Source: an uncultured virus (IMG/VR IMGVR_UViG_3300010262_000280)
Taxonomy: Duplodnaviria; Heunggongvirae; Uroviricota; Caudoviricetes
Virus record (IMG/VR): IMGVR_UViG_3300010262_000280
DNA length: 64,000 bases
Reading direction: 5' to 3' (one strand)
A program made the position numbers and the translations under genes. The notes under the pieces were generated by a model. It did not search any database. It saw only the letters and a program-made list of their open reading frames with translations, and was not told where the DNA came from. Shown here one piece after another: positions 25,972 through 35,504 of this stretch (positions are counted from its first letter, which is position 1; every line of letters begins with the position of its first letter).

Positions 25972-27586
25972 CGCCGTCACCTTCTTTCGGCGATGCCGAT
26001 ACAACGGTGACCTTGTTGCCTCCTGCCTGTGTCAGCAGCTCGTTTTCACGCTGCAGCTGCTCCACGTTCTCCTCCCAGTCGCCGCCGCTCATTTCGCGGC
26101 TGACCTGCTCGTGGGTCTTGATGGCGTTGTCGATCAGCATGAGGGCGGCTTCCGCCTCCTTCTTGGGGTCAAGGCTGCCCTGCACGGGGCCGATCCAGCG
26201 CGCGCCGCACCATGCCTCCCGCACAAGGGGGTCCGTGAAGAAGCCGGGGGCGTTGATGCGCCCCAGAGCGACCGCTTCGGCCAGGAACATCTCATAGACC
26301 GGCTGGCAGAAGTCGTCCACAAACCACTTCCGGCGCATTTTGAATGCTTCCCACGCCTCCAGCAGCGCGCCTCGGCTTGCGGAATAGGAGCTGTTGAACT
26401 CCTTGATCAGCACGTCGTAAGGCAGCTCTAAAGCTGCGCCGACCAGCTTACACAGCGTCTTGACAAAGGTCTCAAAGCCAGCGGTGGGGATGTTCGGATT
26501 GCCGAAGTTGACCTTTTCCCCGGGGGCGAGGTGCGTCACCGTACCCGGTCCCATCTCGTACTCGTTGTCATCATCGGAGATGTTGTTCGCCATCGGTCCG
26601 CCGTCCGCGTTGACCTCGGCGGGGACGCCGGCAATATCTCCTGCGCCGACCTCGTTGAAGGGTGTATCGGAGGGGTCGGTCTCCGTTTCGATCCATGCAG
26701 TGAAGAAGCTCTGCACCAGCGCCGCCATCAGCTCGGACTCCGTATAGCGCCGAAGCTGGAGCAGCGGCTCGATGACCTGCGCCAGATAAGGAACGCCGCG
26801 GTACTGGTCCGGGCGCTCACTGTCCATGATGTGGAGAATGTTCGGCAGGCCGGTCTTGGCGCCGTAGGCCTCCACGCGCTGCCACCTCTGCGGCTCTCCG
26901 GTGATCTGGTGCGGGTAGGTGTTGCTGATGTGATAGGCGACCACGCGGCCGTTGCTGTCCACCTCCACGCCGTCGTAGACCTTGTGGCCCGCGCCAGGCT
27001 TTCCCTCTGGGATCTTGCCCTCCACGAAGCCGCCGATGGTGACACCGCCGCCATATTCGCTTGGCGTGCAGGCGCGGTCCGCCTCCACGATGTGGAGCCG
27101 CAGGGTATAGGGGTTTAGCGGTGTCGCCGGGTATCGCTTGACCAGTGCGAACACGTCGCCGCTGAGCAGCCACGACTTCAAGGCGAGCTGCTGCAAACTC
27201 TCAAAATTGTTCAGGCCCAGCGCGTCGCAGTTCTGCTTTTTCCCCGCCCACAGCCGGAATTCCATCTCCGCCGCGTGCTGCCACTTCTTCGCCGCCTCCG
27301 GGGAGATGCCCAGCACCTCGCGGTCCACGGACGCTTTGAGCGTCAGCCCCGTCCCGATGACCTTGGTGCGGTTGGTATTGATCGCCGCCGTAGCCACCGG
27401 CGCGGCCATGTAGAGCATTCGCGCCCTCTGCCGCAGGGTGGCGTTGTTGCGGTTGATGTCCTCATTGGGAGCGCCGCTGTCCGGAACAAATCCCTTGAGC
27501 GCCCGCCGCGTCAAGCTGGCCCCGGCTTCGCTGTACCCCTTCGCCTGCGGCGCGGCTGCGCGGCGGCGGTCTTTCTTATTGCTCAA
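25961..27586 (-). CDS. Portal protein, lambda family
   Basis: ERPDQYRGVP, SYSASRGALL, LDPKKEA. Confidence 0.93.
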   Translation of the reverse strand: MSNKKDRRRAAAPQAKGYSEAGASLTRRALKGFVPDSGAPNEDINRNNATLRQRARMLYMAAPVATAAINTNRTKVIGTGLTLKASVDREVLGISPEAAKKWQHAAEMEFRLWAGKKQNCDALGLNNFESLQQLALKSWLLSGDVFALVKRYPATPLNPYTLRLHIVEADRACTPSEYGGGVTIGGFVEGKIPEGKPGAGHKVYDGVEVDSNGRVVAYHISNTYPHQITGEPQRWQRVEAYGAKTGLPNILHIMDSERPDQYRGVPYLAQVIEPLLQLRRYTESELMAALVQSFFTAWIETETDPSDTPFNEVGAGDIAGVPAEVNADGGPMANNISDDDNEYEMGPGTVTHLAPGEKVNFGNPNIPTAGFETFVKTLCKLVGAALELPYDVLIKEFNSSYSASRGALLEAWEAFKMRRKWFVDDFCQPVYEMFLAEAVALGRINAPGFFTDPLVREAWCGARWIGPVQGSLDPKKEAEAALMLIDNAIKTHEQVSREMSGGDWEENVEQLQRENELLTQAGGNKVTVVSASPKEGDGDED

Positions 27587-27612
27587 TGCTTATCGCCTCC
27601 CGTTTTCGGAAT

Positions 27613-27664
27613 AAAAAACAGGCCGTCCGGCGGCGAAAGGAGCATACTCCGCCGGACTGCCTGT
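27613..27664 (-). terminator. Terminator-like hairpin upstream of portal
   Basis: ACAGGCAGTCCGGCGG...CCGCCGGACGGCCTGT followed by TTTTT. Confidence 0.6.
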
Positions 27665-27763
27665 GGTAAAGCCCTTTCGGGCGAATACCCTTGTTGCAGA
27701 AAATGCAACAACCACTTTGCCGGGGTCGGCAAAATGGTCATTTTCGTGGCCTCACGAAAAAGG

Positions 27764-28018
27764 TCACCAATCGCGGGGGACGATGCCGAAAGCCTTTCTC
27801 GGCTTGCGGCCGTTCAGCTCCGCCGTCAGCTCGTCGACCTTCTTCTCCGCGTCTTCGATCTCGTCCTTCAGGTCGGGCAGGTCGAAGCGCGTCAGCTCGC
27901 GGTCGTCGATGACATAGCTTTTTACGCCGCCGTCCACAAGGGCCAGATATGCGGCGCGCAGCTTTGAGAGGGCGCTCTGCCAGAAGTCCAGCCGCGCCCG
28001 CAGTTCAACTTTATCCAT
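27764..28018 (-). CDS. Head-to-tail joining protein (lambda gpW-like)
   Basis: GVKSYVIDDRELTRFDL; between terL and portal. Confidence 0.8.
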   Translation of the reverse strand: MDKVELRARLDFWQSALSKLRAAYLALVDGGVKSYVIDDRELTRFDLPDLKDEIEDAEKKVDELTAELNGRKPRKAFGIVPRDW

Positions 28019-28028
28019 ATCGGACACC

Positions 28029-29951
28029 TCACCAATCGTCGTAGTATTTCTTCCTGCTTCTGCGCTTCGGCCTCTGCTTGGCGGCGGGAGGCGGCATGAC
28101 AGGCGTTGCAACAGGGGCAGGAGCGCGTTCGCCGCCCGCCTCCTTTAGCCGCCTGTCTATCTCGTCCAGGTTCTTGGGAAGCGCCTTGAACGCCGCCAGC
28201 GCGTAGTTGCGGCAGTCCAGCGCCTCATTGCGCTCGTGGCCAGGGATCTTCTTCCACTGCCACGGCTGCTTTTTGTTGGGGTCGTAGACCTTGACCTCGG
28301 AGAGCAGCCCCGTGAAGTAGCCGGAGCCGTAGTCGTCCCGCTTGGGGAAGTGACAATATTTCGCACCCGGCGTCTGTACGCGCAGGTTGTCCATGATGAC
28401 CTCCTTGCCGGAGTCAACGCCGATCTGGTACTGCCAGCAGGTGCCGACCGCCGTCTGCTTGATGATGATCTTCTGCTTTTTCGGCGGCGCGGTGTAGGGC
28501 TTATCGCTGCCGGGCATACCCTTGATGCAGAACACCTTTTTGCCCAGCCGCGCCCGGCACTGCATACGGACCTCCTGCGTGAAGTGTCCGCCCTCGTCCA
28601 CAAAGGACATTGACATTTTCAGCCCCACGCCGTTCTCAAAGCGCAGAACGCGGTCAAATACCAGCTCGTCCAGCTGCGCCCATACGGCATCGTCGTCGGG
28701 CCGTCCCATGATGATGCCTTTCTCAATGCCCCAGGTCTCACCAAAGTGGCCGTGGCCGACGATCTCGTATTCCATGCGGTCGTCCTGTGTATCGACACCG
28801 GCCGTCAGAACAAGCACGCCCTCCGGCAGCTCGGCGGGGTATTCCTCCCGGCGCGCCATCAGACTGTCCTCGTCCTCCAGGTCGCCGCGATCCTCCCACA
28901 GCTCGCCGAAGCAGGTGTTATAGACGACCTGCATCTTGCGGGTACTGCCGATGGCGTTCAGGTATTTCAGAATGATGGATTCCCAGCTCGCCCACTGGCT
29001 GACAAAGGCGTTCAGCCAGAACGAGCGCGTGCCCTGCTCATAGGCGGCGGGGTTGTCCGCCTCCCATCTTGCCGGGGCGCGCTTCATTTCCGCCTCGGTG
29101 GAGATGCAGCCGCAGCCGGGGCAGGCATAGCAGACGCTGCGGATCTTGTAGGTCTTTTTCCCCGCGACGATGATCTCGTCGTGCTCAAAGCGGATGTCCG
29201 CCCATTGTATCTCGTGATACTCGCCGCAATGAGGGCAGCGGGATTTCCACCGCTCCATCGTGCCGGTCGCGTAGGCGGCTTCAATGGCGCTGGCGTTTTT
29301 GACGGTGGGCGTGGACACCTCAGCGCTTTTCGCGTTGTAGAATGTCGTCTGCCGCGCCATCGCCAGATCCCACGGGTCGCCCTCGTTACCGGCGGACAGC
29401 GCCCAGCGGTCGCGCTCGTCGCCCAGCACATAGCGGATAGGCTTTGACGCCAGAGCGTGGGCCTCGGTGGAGCCGCACATCGTGAGGATGCCTCCGGGGT
29501 AGGTCTTTTGCAGAATGGTATTGCCGCTGTCACGGCTCTTGGGGTCGCTGACCTTCTTTCGCAGCGTGGGGCAGTCGCGGATCATCGGCGCGATGCGGAG
29601 CTTGGAATACTCCTTTGCGTCAATGGTGGTAGGGTGGATAAACAGGATCGAGCCGGGGTCCTGGTCGATCACATAGCCGATGCAGTTATTGAGAAATTCA
29701 GACTTGCCGACCTGGGACGCGGCCACCATGACGATGTGCCGTATCTTTGGGTCGGTCCATGCATTCATCGGCTCGCGGAGATAGGGGGTGCGTTCGGTGC
29801 GCCACGGTCCGGGCTCTGCGGCGCTCTCGGCAGACAGGCGGCGATTCTGCTCCGCCCATTCGGTCACGGTCAGGTCGTCCGGCGGGAGCATACCGGCCAT
29901 CGCCTTGGCGATGACCTTGTTCAGCCGGACGGCGGCGAGCCTACTCGTCAT
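28029..29951 (-). CDS. terL: Terminase large subunit (gpA family)
   Basis: PGPWRTERTPYL, ASQVGKSE, LTAGVDTQDDR, RNEALDC. Confidence 0.95.
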   Translation of the reverse strand: MTSRLAAVRLNKVIAKAMAGMLPPDDLTVTEWAEQNRRLSAESAAEPGPWRTERTPYLREPMNAWTDPKIRHIVMVAASQVGKSEFLNNCIGYVIDQDPGSILFIHPTTIDAKEYSKLRIAPMIRDCPTLRKKVSDPKSRDSGNTILQKTYPGGILTMCGSTEAHALASKPIRYVLGDERDRWALSAGNEGDPWDLAMARQTTFYNAKSAEVSTPTVKNASAIEAAYATGTMERWKSRCPHCGEYHEIQWADIRFEHDEIIVAGKKTYKIRSVCYACPGCGCISTEAEMKRAPARWEADNPAAYEQGTRSFWLNAFVSQWASWESIILKYLNAIGSTRKMQVVYNTCFGELWEDRGDLEDEDSLMARREEYPAELPEGVLVLTAGVDTQDDRMEYEIVGHGHFGETWGIEKGIIMGRPDDDAVWAQLDELVFDRVLRFENGVGLKMSMSFVDEGGHFTQEVRMQCRARLGKKVFCIKGMPGSDKPYTAPPKKQKIIIKQTAVGTCWQYQIGVDSGKEVIMDNLRVQTPGAKYCHFPKRDDYGSGYFTGLLSEVKVYDPNKKQPWQWKKIPGHERNEALDCRNYALAAFKALPKNLDEIDRRLKEAGGERAPAPVATPVMPPPAAKQRPKRRSRKKYYDDW

Positions 29952-30501
29952 CGCTGTCACGCTCCGACCAGTCGCGCCGTTCTCTCACGCGCTCCTCGTA
30001 TTTCTTGGGGTCGTAGTGATACCCGGCCAGCTCCCGCATGACCTTGCTGACCTCTTTGCGGATAACCTCGGACGCCTCGGCGGGCGTGGACACAGCCGCT
30101 ACATCGACGGCCAGCCGCCCCGGTAGCGCATTGAGCGCGCCGCGAATGGTGTAGACCAGATCCTCCGTCAGCGCGGCGACGTCCTCCGCACGGTGCATGG
30201 TGCCTTTCAGCTCATCGGCCTCCAGCTTGGCGATGGTGGCCTTGGACGCCTTCATCGTCGTCTCCGCCACGCGGCGGGCCTTCTCCAGCTTCTTATCCTC
30301 TTCGTCCATCGGACCGTCGGACAGGAACTTAACATACCGCTGGACGGAATCGGCAAGGAGGAAGCGCCCCTTGCTGACCTTTTGCAGCTGACCGTCCTCC
30401 GCCATCTGGCGAATGCGCCGTCCTGTGATGCCCAGGACGCAGGCCAGCTCTGTCGTGCTTACCTCCGTTTCCTCGGTAATGACATCAATAGCTTCAGACA
30501 T
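29941..30501 (-). CDS. terS: Terminase small subunit (Nu1-like wHTH)
   Basis: ELACVLGITGRRIRQM wHTH; directly upstream of terL. Confidence 0.85.
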   Translation of the reverse strand: MSEAIDVITEETEVSTTELACVLGITGRRIRQMAEDGQLQKVSKGRFLLADSVQRYVKFLSDGPMDEEDKKLEKARRVAETTMKASKATIAKLEADELKGTMHRAEDVAALTEDLVYTIRGALNALPGRLAVDVAAVSTPAEASEVIRKEVSKVMRELAGYHYDPKKYEERVRERRDWSERDSDDE

Positions 30502-30534
30502 GGCGCCCCTCCTTCCTTGCGCAGTTCAGTCGGC

Positions 30535-30633
30535 TTGACTGTCTGCGTAAATTGTGATATGGTATCGATATCGTAGATTCCATATCGCCTAAGGGCGCAA
30601 GACCTGACTGTTGCAGCAGTCGGGTCTTTTTTT
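30535..30633 (+). ncRNA. Putative antisense sRNA unit upstream of terS
   Basis: TTGACT(30535-40)-17-TATGGT(30558-63) with extended TG; hairpin 30599-30628 (loop GTTGCAGC) + T run. Confidence 0.45.
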
Positions 30634-31078
30634 ATGTCCGAATGCGGGACTCACCAGAATTGCACTGGAGCACACAGGCTGGTACCAGCAGCTCTGTGCG
30701 AGACCCTTATCCCGCGTGTGGTCTTATATTTCATAGGAGGCCTTTATCTGGACTTCCTCCACATTCCCGCGGAGAAAGACGGATAAAGCGATGGGGGATT
30801 GCGGCAGGTACCGCCACAGGTGCCGCGCTTGGCACCAAAAGCAATGCCAAAGCGGAACGGAAATGCCAAAATTTTGCCTTGGTAACTACGCTTTTTTCGG
30901 GGTCGGCGAGCCCGCGGCGTGTGGGGCGGGGGTCGTCACAGTACCTTTTGCCGTCGTCGCCTGTTGCAACGCATTTCCCCGCCCTCAGCGCGACGATGCC
31001 GAGAGGGGGAGGGAGCAACACAGCCAGACGCAGATACGCCGCTCTCGTGCGATGTATGCGCCTGGCTGTGGTATTGTG

Positions 31079-31603
31079 TTATAACTTCGTCAGCAATTCC
31101 GCATGGCTATACCCCTTAACGCCCTTGGTCATCATACCGAGGAAGTCATCACGCGAGAAATCAGAGAGCCGGAATACTTCTTCGGGTTTCATTCCGAGCT
31201 GTTTGCTGATCTCCTGAACGGACTTGCCCTCGTCCAGCAGCCGCTTTACGATGGCTTTCATCGGCTCAAGCAGGTGTGTACCACGAGCGCGGTTGTGTGT
31301 GACGGTGCCGTAAATATCTTCGGTCGCGTCATCATGCCGCACGATTACCACCGGCACCTTGCCTTTGAGCATGGTGTGCAGCGGCTCCTCTCCGGCCACG
31401 GTCCAGCGGTGAAAGCCGTCGATGATGGTGTAGTCGGGACGCACGACGATGGGAAGCGTCCAGCCATTGGTCATGATCGATTGCACCAGCAGTTTCAGAT
31501 TTTCGCGGTTGACCTTGTTGGGGTTGTAGTCATTGGGCTTGAGCTGCTCCCGCTCTACCCATTGCAGGGAGGATAACGGGGCGAACAGATCCGCGTCAGC
31601 CAT
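31079..31603 (-). CDS. ParB/Srx-like nuclease-fold protein (IbrB-like)
   Basis: PNDYNPNKV, IIDGFHRW, THNRARGTH. Confidence 0.85.
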   Translation of the reverse strand: MADADLFAPLSSLQWVEREQLKPNDYNPNKVNRENLKLLVQSIMTNGWTLPIVVRPDYTIIDGFHRWTVAGEEPLHTMLKGKVPVVIVRHDDATEDIYGTVTHNRARGTHLLEPMKAIVKRLLDEGKSVQEISKQLGMKPEEVFRLSDFSRDDFLGMMTKGVKGYSHAELLTKL

Positions 31604-32750
31604 TTGCCTCACCTCCCTTCCGGAAGCGCTTGGCGTAATCGGCGTAGGCGCAGGATATGTCCTGATAGATGGCGCGCAGGGTGCGGAGCTTGGGATCTCC
31701 AGCAGTCAGACCGCCGTACATTTTCTTGTAGTCGCGCGGCCGCGCCATTCCGTCCATCTGAATGAACATCTTGCGGTACTGCTTAGCGATCTTGCGCTTA
31801 TGCTCCGTGTTGAAGAAGTCTCCCGGACGGACAAACAGCATCTCCTTCAGGAGCGCACGGTAGTCCTTGGTGTCCTCGCCCTCCAGCTCCCGGCGCTTCC
31901 TTGTGGTGCGGTGGAACATTTCGCTGTCCCAGTACAGCATGGCAAGGTAGGCGTTCGGCTCGCGCCGAAGGACGCGCTCCATGAGAGATGGGTCGTATTC
32001 GCCCAGGTGTACCAGCACGGGTACGGTATCAACAGAGAAGAACTGCGACACGCGCAGCTGATTCCGATTGACGCCGACCTGATACATCTGCAGGTAGACC
32101 TCGGGGACTTCGATGCGCTGGTCTCGCAGGTACAGCCAGACGTCCGCCGTCTTCCAGTCGTAGATGGGATAGATGGTGTTCGTGCCGGTGATGCCCTTTG
32201 CGCCCATATTCAGTGCCGCCATGTATTGGAGCCGCTGAATGGACTCTGCCGCGCGGACGCCGGTGATCATGATGCCGTCCATCGTCACGCGGGGCAGGAA
32301 GGATTGATAGTTGTCGATCCTTGGCCGGAGCTGCGGGTGATTGCGGATGGCAAAGGGCGGCGGCTGCCGCACCCAGACATCGCGCTTGCGTCGATCCCAG
32401 CAGACGAAGGTTTCATCGCTGGACAGCTCATTGAGACAGCTGAAATGCTTGACCTCGATGCACCACCATTGAAACTTGGCGCCGGCAAGCAGGAACTTCT
32501 TCCGCCACGCCTTGGTCGTTGCTTCAATGGAATCGAAGATTGCCTCCTCGTCCACGAAAAGGACGGTCAACTGCGAGGGATTGATCTCTCCAGCCTGGAT
32601 CAGCTTATAGGTCAGGTCGGCGAGAACGATGCTGTCCTTGCCGCCGGAAAACGAGAGGTATACGGGGACGCCGTTGGAAAATACATTCTTGATCCGCTGG
32701 CGCGCCGCAGTCACAACGTCGATGTCTGAGCTGATGCGCTTTACAGCCAT
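31596..32750 (-). CDS. PP-loop / PAPS-reductase-family protein (IbrA-like)
   Basis: LSFSGGKDS, GVRAAESIQR, YPIYDWKTADVW. Confidence 0.88.
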   Translation of the reverse strand: MAVKRISSDIDVVTAARQRIKNVFSNGVPVYLSFSGGKDSIVLADLTYKLIQAGEINPSQLTVLFVDEEAIFDSIEATTKAWRKKFLLAGAKFQWWCIEVKHFSCLNELSSDETFVCWDRRKRDVWVRQPPPFAIRNHPQLRPRIDNYQSFLPRVTMDGIMITGVRAAESIQRLQYMAALNMGAKGITGTNTIYPIYDWKTADVWLYLRDQRIEVPEVYLQMYQVGVNRNQLRVSQFFSVDTVPVLVHLGEYDPSLMERVLRREPNAYLAMLYWDSEMFHRTTRKRRELEGEDTKDYRALLKEMLFVRPGDFFNTEHKRKIAKQYRKMFIQMDGMARPRDYKKMYGGLTAGDPKLRTLRAIYQDISCAYADYAKRFRKGGEANG

Positions 32751-33346
32751 ATCCGCTCACCACATTTCGGGCAGAGGATAAACCTCTTAGCGGGCTCGGC
32801 GGAAGACGCCGTGCCGCTCTGTGCGGGTGCGACTTCCTCAGCCTGCGCCGCAGCAGCTTCTTCCCGGGCGGCGTATTTCTCGCGCGTCTCGGTGATGGCC
32901 GCAGCCTGCTCCGGCTCAATGGTGCCGTACTCAAGCAGGGCGTCGCTGGCTTCGTCAGCCTCCATCACCATCGCACGGAGAAGATCCTCTTCGTAGCCGG
33001 GAATGTCCAGGTCGTCTTTCAGGTCGAGGATAAAAGCGTCCAGTGCGGCCAAATCGTCAACGCCCAGGTCAAAGACGCGGTTATCGGCCAGCATGAGCTT
33101 TTTCTTCTCCGCCTCAGTCAGCCCGGACACAACATAGCAGTCCGCTTCTGTGCGGCCGAGGGAGAGCAGCGTTTCGTATAAGCCGTTGCCGGCGAGAATA
33201 ACGCCGTCCTCATCGACCACGATGGGGCGGATCTGACCGAACATTTCGACAGAGCGGCGGAACTCCTTCAGCTGCTTGTCGGTGTGCATTCGGACATTCC
33301 GATCCGGTCGCCGCAGCTCGGTCAGAGGCTTCTTTATGACCTTCAT
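32741..33346 (-). CDS. ParB/Srx N-terminal domain protein with C-terminal CPKC Zn ribbon
   Basis: NVRMH...FGQIRPIVVDEDGVILAGNG, LADNR, CPKCG. Confidence 0.85.
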   Translation of the reverse strand: MKVIKKPLTELRRPDRNVRMHTDKQLKEFRRSVEMFGQIRPIVVDEDGVILAGNGLYETLLSLGRTEADCYVVSGLTEAEKKKLMLADNRVFDLGVDDLAALDAFILDLKDDLDIPGYEEDLLRAMVMEADEASDALLEYGTIEPEQAAAITETREKYAAREEAAAAQAEEVAPAQSGTASSAEPAKRFILCPKCGERIWL

Positions 33347-34125
33347 GCCTGCACCCCCTTCAAGAAGGCGCGAGCGCTGTCGATCTTTTCAGCCGCCGCA
33401 AGGACGATGCTGGGGTCGATATCGTAGACCTCACTCCAGCCGTTCTCGATGCTGCCCGTCCATTGGCGGGCGGGCCACGGGTGAGTGCCGCACAGATATC
33501 CGTTCTTCCAGCCGTAGATCGGCGGAAGCGGGAGCTGATGGTAGTGAATATAGGCAAGGATGTGCTCATGCTTCCACGCAGCGAGCGGGCTGAATCGCGT
33601 AACACCTTTGCCATCGGTATAGATATTGCTGTTGCGACCGACATAATTGCCGTCCGCACGGCGGCGGCCGAGAATGATGACGTCCAGCTCGTGCGCCTTG
33701 AAGTATTCACGCTGCGCTCGGTGCTGCACGATAGAAAACCATCGTCCGGCCGCGGCGGAGTCCTTGGGGAAAAGCATCTCTTGATGCTTCACCAGCCAGT
33801 CGATATCCTGATGCGTGTTGATGACTTCGCAGCCTGCCGGCTTATGCTCCTCGATCCACGCGGCAAAGGCGGGGTATTCCAGGTCGCACACGCCGATCAT
33901 ACTATCGGTGACGCCGGCCGCTTCACAAAGTTTGCCAAGGACAATACTGTCCTTACCAGCGCTCCATGCGTAGGCAGCGCACTTCCCGGCCGTCACGGCC
34001 TTGATGTCTGCCACGGTCGCGGCAGTAAGTTCGTCCAGCTCTGCGCGGGAAACGGCTTCTTCGATAGTTGCAACGGCTTCCAGCCATGCGCTGTTGTCGA
34101 TCCTCTGCTTCCTTCCGAGGCTCAT
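33343..34125 (-). CDS. Second PP-loop / PAPS-reductase-like protein
   Basis: YAWSAGKDS, ILGRRRADGN, SPLAAWKHEHILAYI. Confidence 0.8.
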   Translation of the reverse strand: MSLGRKQRIDNSAWLEAVATIEEAVSRAELDELTAATVADIKAVTAGKCAAYAWSAGKDSIVLGKLCEAAGVTDSMIGVCDLEYPAFAAWIEEHKPAGCEVINTHQDIDWLVKHQEMLFPKDSAAAGRWFSIVQHRAQREYFKAHELDVIILGRRRADGNYVGRNSNIYTDGKGVTRFSPLAAWKHEHILAYIHYHQLPLPPIYGWKNGYLCGTHPWPARQWTGSIENGWSEVYDIDPSIVLAAAEKIDSARAFLKGVQA

Positions 34126-35504
34126 GCTCTCACCGCCTTTCTCGAGGCGATAACGGCGACAAGGCCGCTGGACAGGACGGTCGTCAGACTGCCTGCCGCT
34201 TTCACAGCCGGAATGCCGGCGAGATTGCCGTAGGCGAAGATCGGAAGCCCGACACACAGCGCGGTCAGCACACCGGCAAAAACGCCCTTGCCCGTCAGCT
34301 TCTTACCGAGCAGCGTCATGACCGTCGGCAGCAGCGTCGAAGCGCGGAGCGTTCCGTAGAACAGGAACAGGTGTGTCACCGTCAGGCCGGGAATGTTGGC
34401 GATGGCGATAGCCACGATCAGCAGGCAAAGCATGGTGCGGCGCGAAGTCTGCACCGTGTCCTTCCCAATGCCGAGCCAGTCTGTCGTGAGCGACGCTGCC
34501 GCGCAAAGGTTGCTATCCACCGTGGAGAGCAGGCCGGAGATAATCATAAACAAGAACGGGACCAGCACCCATGTCGGAAGCAGCGAGGAAACGAATTCAA
34601 AGTTGACCATGCCGGTGTCGCTGGCCGCAAAGCCGGAGCCTGCGGCAAGGAAGCCCACCGTTCCCATGCAGATCGGAACGAGCGCAAACAAAAGCGCACC
34701 GGCAAAAAACGATCTGCCGATGCGGTCGCGCCTGATTGCGAAAGCTCGCTGCCAGAAGCACTGATCCCCGAACGGGCCGGAGATCAGACCGACAGCCATC
34801 GGCAGACCGTAGCCCAGCAAGACTTCAATGCCCGTGGAGGAGGTGAGCGAGGTATATTCTCCGGAGACAGCACCGAGTCCTGCCCGTACCGTGTCAAAGC
34901 CGCCGGTCATGCGAAGGCTCAGAACGACCAGCAGAGCGCCACCTATGAGAATAATGCCCAGCTGGACAACATCGGTGATGATGGAGGCTTTCAGCCCGGA
35001 GAAGCGGGAGTAGGAATATGCGATAGCTGCCAGGGCGAGCGTCATGCTCCAGAATGGCAGCCCCGTAATGAGGGCCAGCGTCTTTCCCCCGGCGAGCAGC
35101 TGCACTGCCGTTGACAGAACGGCCAGCGCGCCGAGCTGGAAGGAGTAGACGCCCTTGACCTTGCCGGAGTGATAGCGCTCCGCCATGTAGCCGGTCAAGG
35201 TGATGCCCTCCGGGTACTGCGCCCGGATCCTTTTTGCAAAGGGGATAAACAGGATCAGGCACAGCACATTCGGTACCGTAAACCAGAACATCCCCGGGAT
35301 GCCGCGCGTATAGGCCATCTCCGAGGAAGTGAACAGTGAGGGAGCCCAAATCCAAGTGGCGGCGATGCTCATGGCGGCAATCACCGAGCCGATGCGCCGG
35401 TCCGCCACATGGAAGCCCTCTGCGTCGGTCGTCTTTCGGGTGAACATCAGCGTGACGCCGATCATCAGCACCGCATAGACGGCCAGAATGACAATTCCGA
35501 ACAT
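34122..35504 (-). CDS. Sodium:solute symporter (SSS) family transporter
   Basis: Many TM helices; SIAATWIWA, GLKASIITDVVQ, FGDQCFWQRAFA, LSTVDSNLCA. Confidence 0.9.
   Translation of the reverse strand: MFGIVILAVYAVLMIGVTLMFTRKTTDAEGFHVADRRIGSVIAAMSIAATWIWAPSLFTSSEMAYTRGIPGMFWFTVPNVLCLILFIPFAKRIRAQYPEGITLTGYMAERYHSGKVKGVYSFQLGALAVLSTAVQLLAGGKTLALITGLPFWSMTLALAAIAYSYSRFSGLKASIITDVVQLGIILIGGALLVVLSLRMTGGFDTVRAGLGAVSGEYTSLTSSTGIEVLLGYGLPMAVGLISGPFGDQCFWQRAFAIRRDRIGRSFFAGALLFALVPICMGTVGFLAAGSGFAASDTGMVNFEFVSSLLPTWVLVPFLFMIISGLLSTVDSNLCAAASLTTDWLGIGKDTVQTSRRTMLCLLIVAIAIANIPGLTVTHLFLFYGTLRASTLLPTVMTLLGKKLTGKGVFAGVLTALCVGLPIFAYGNLAGIPAVKAAGSLTTVLSSGLVAVIASRKAVRA

Noticed and set aside
31596..34125. 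PAPS-reductase-like genes as sulfate-assimilation auxiliary metabolic genes (cysH)
   Set aside because: They lack the C-terminal ECGLH motif of true CysH and are paired with ParB/Srx proteins, which points to nucleic-acid-related chemistry
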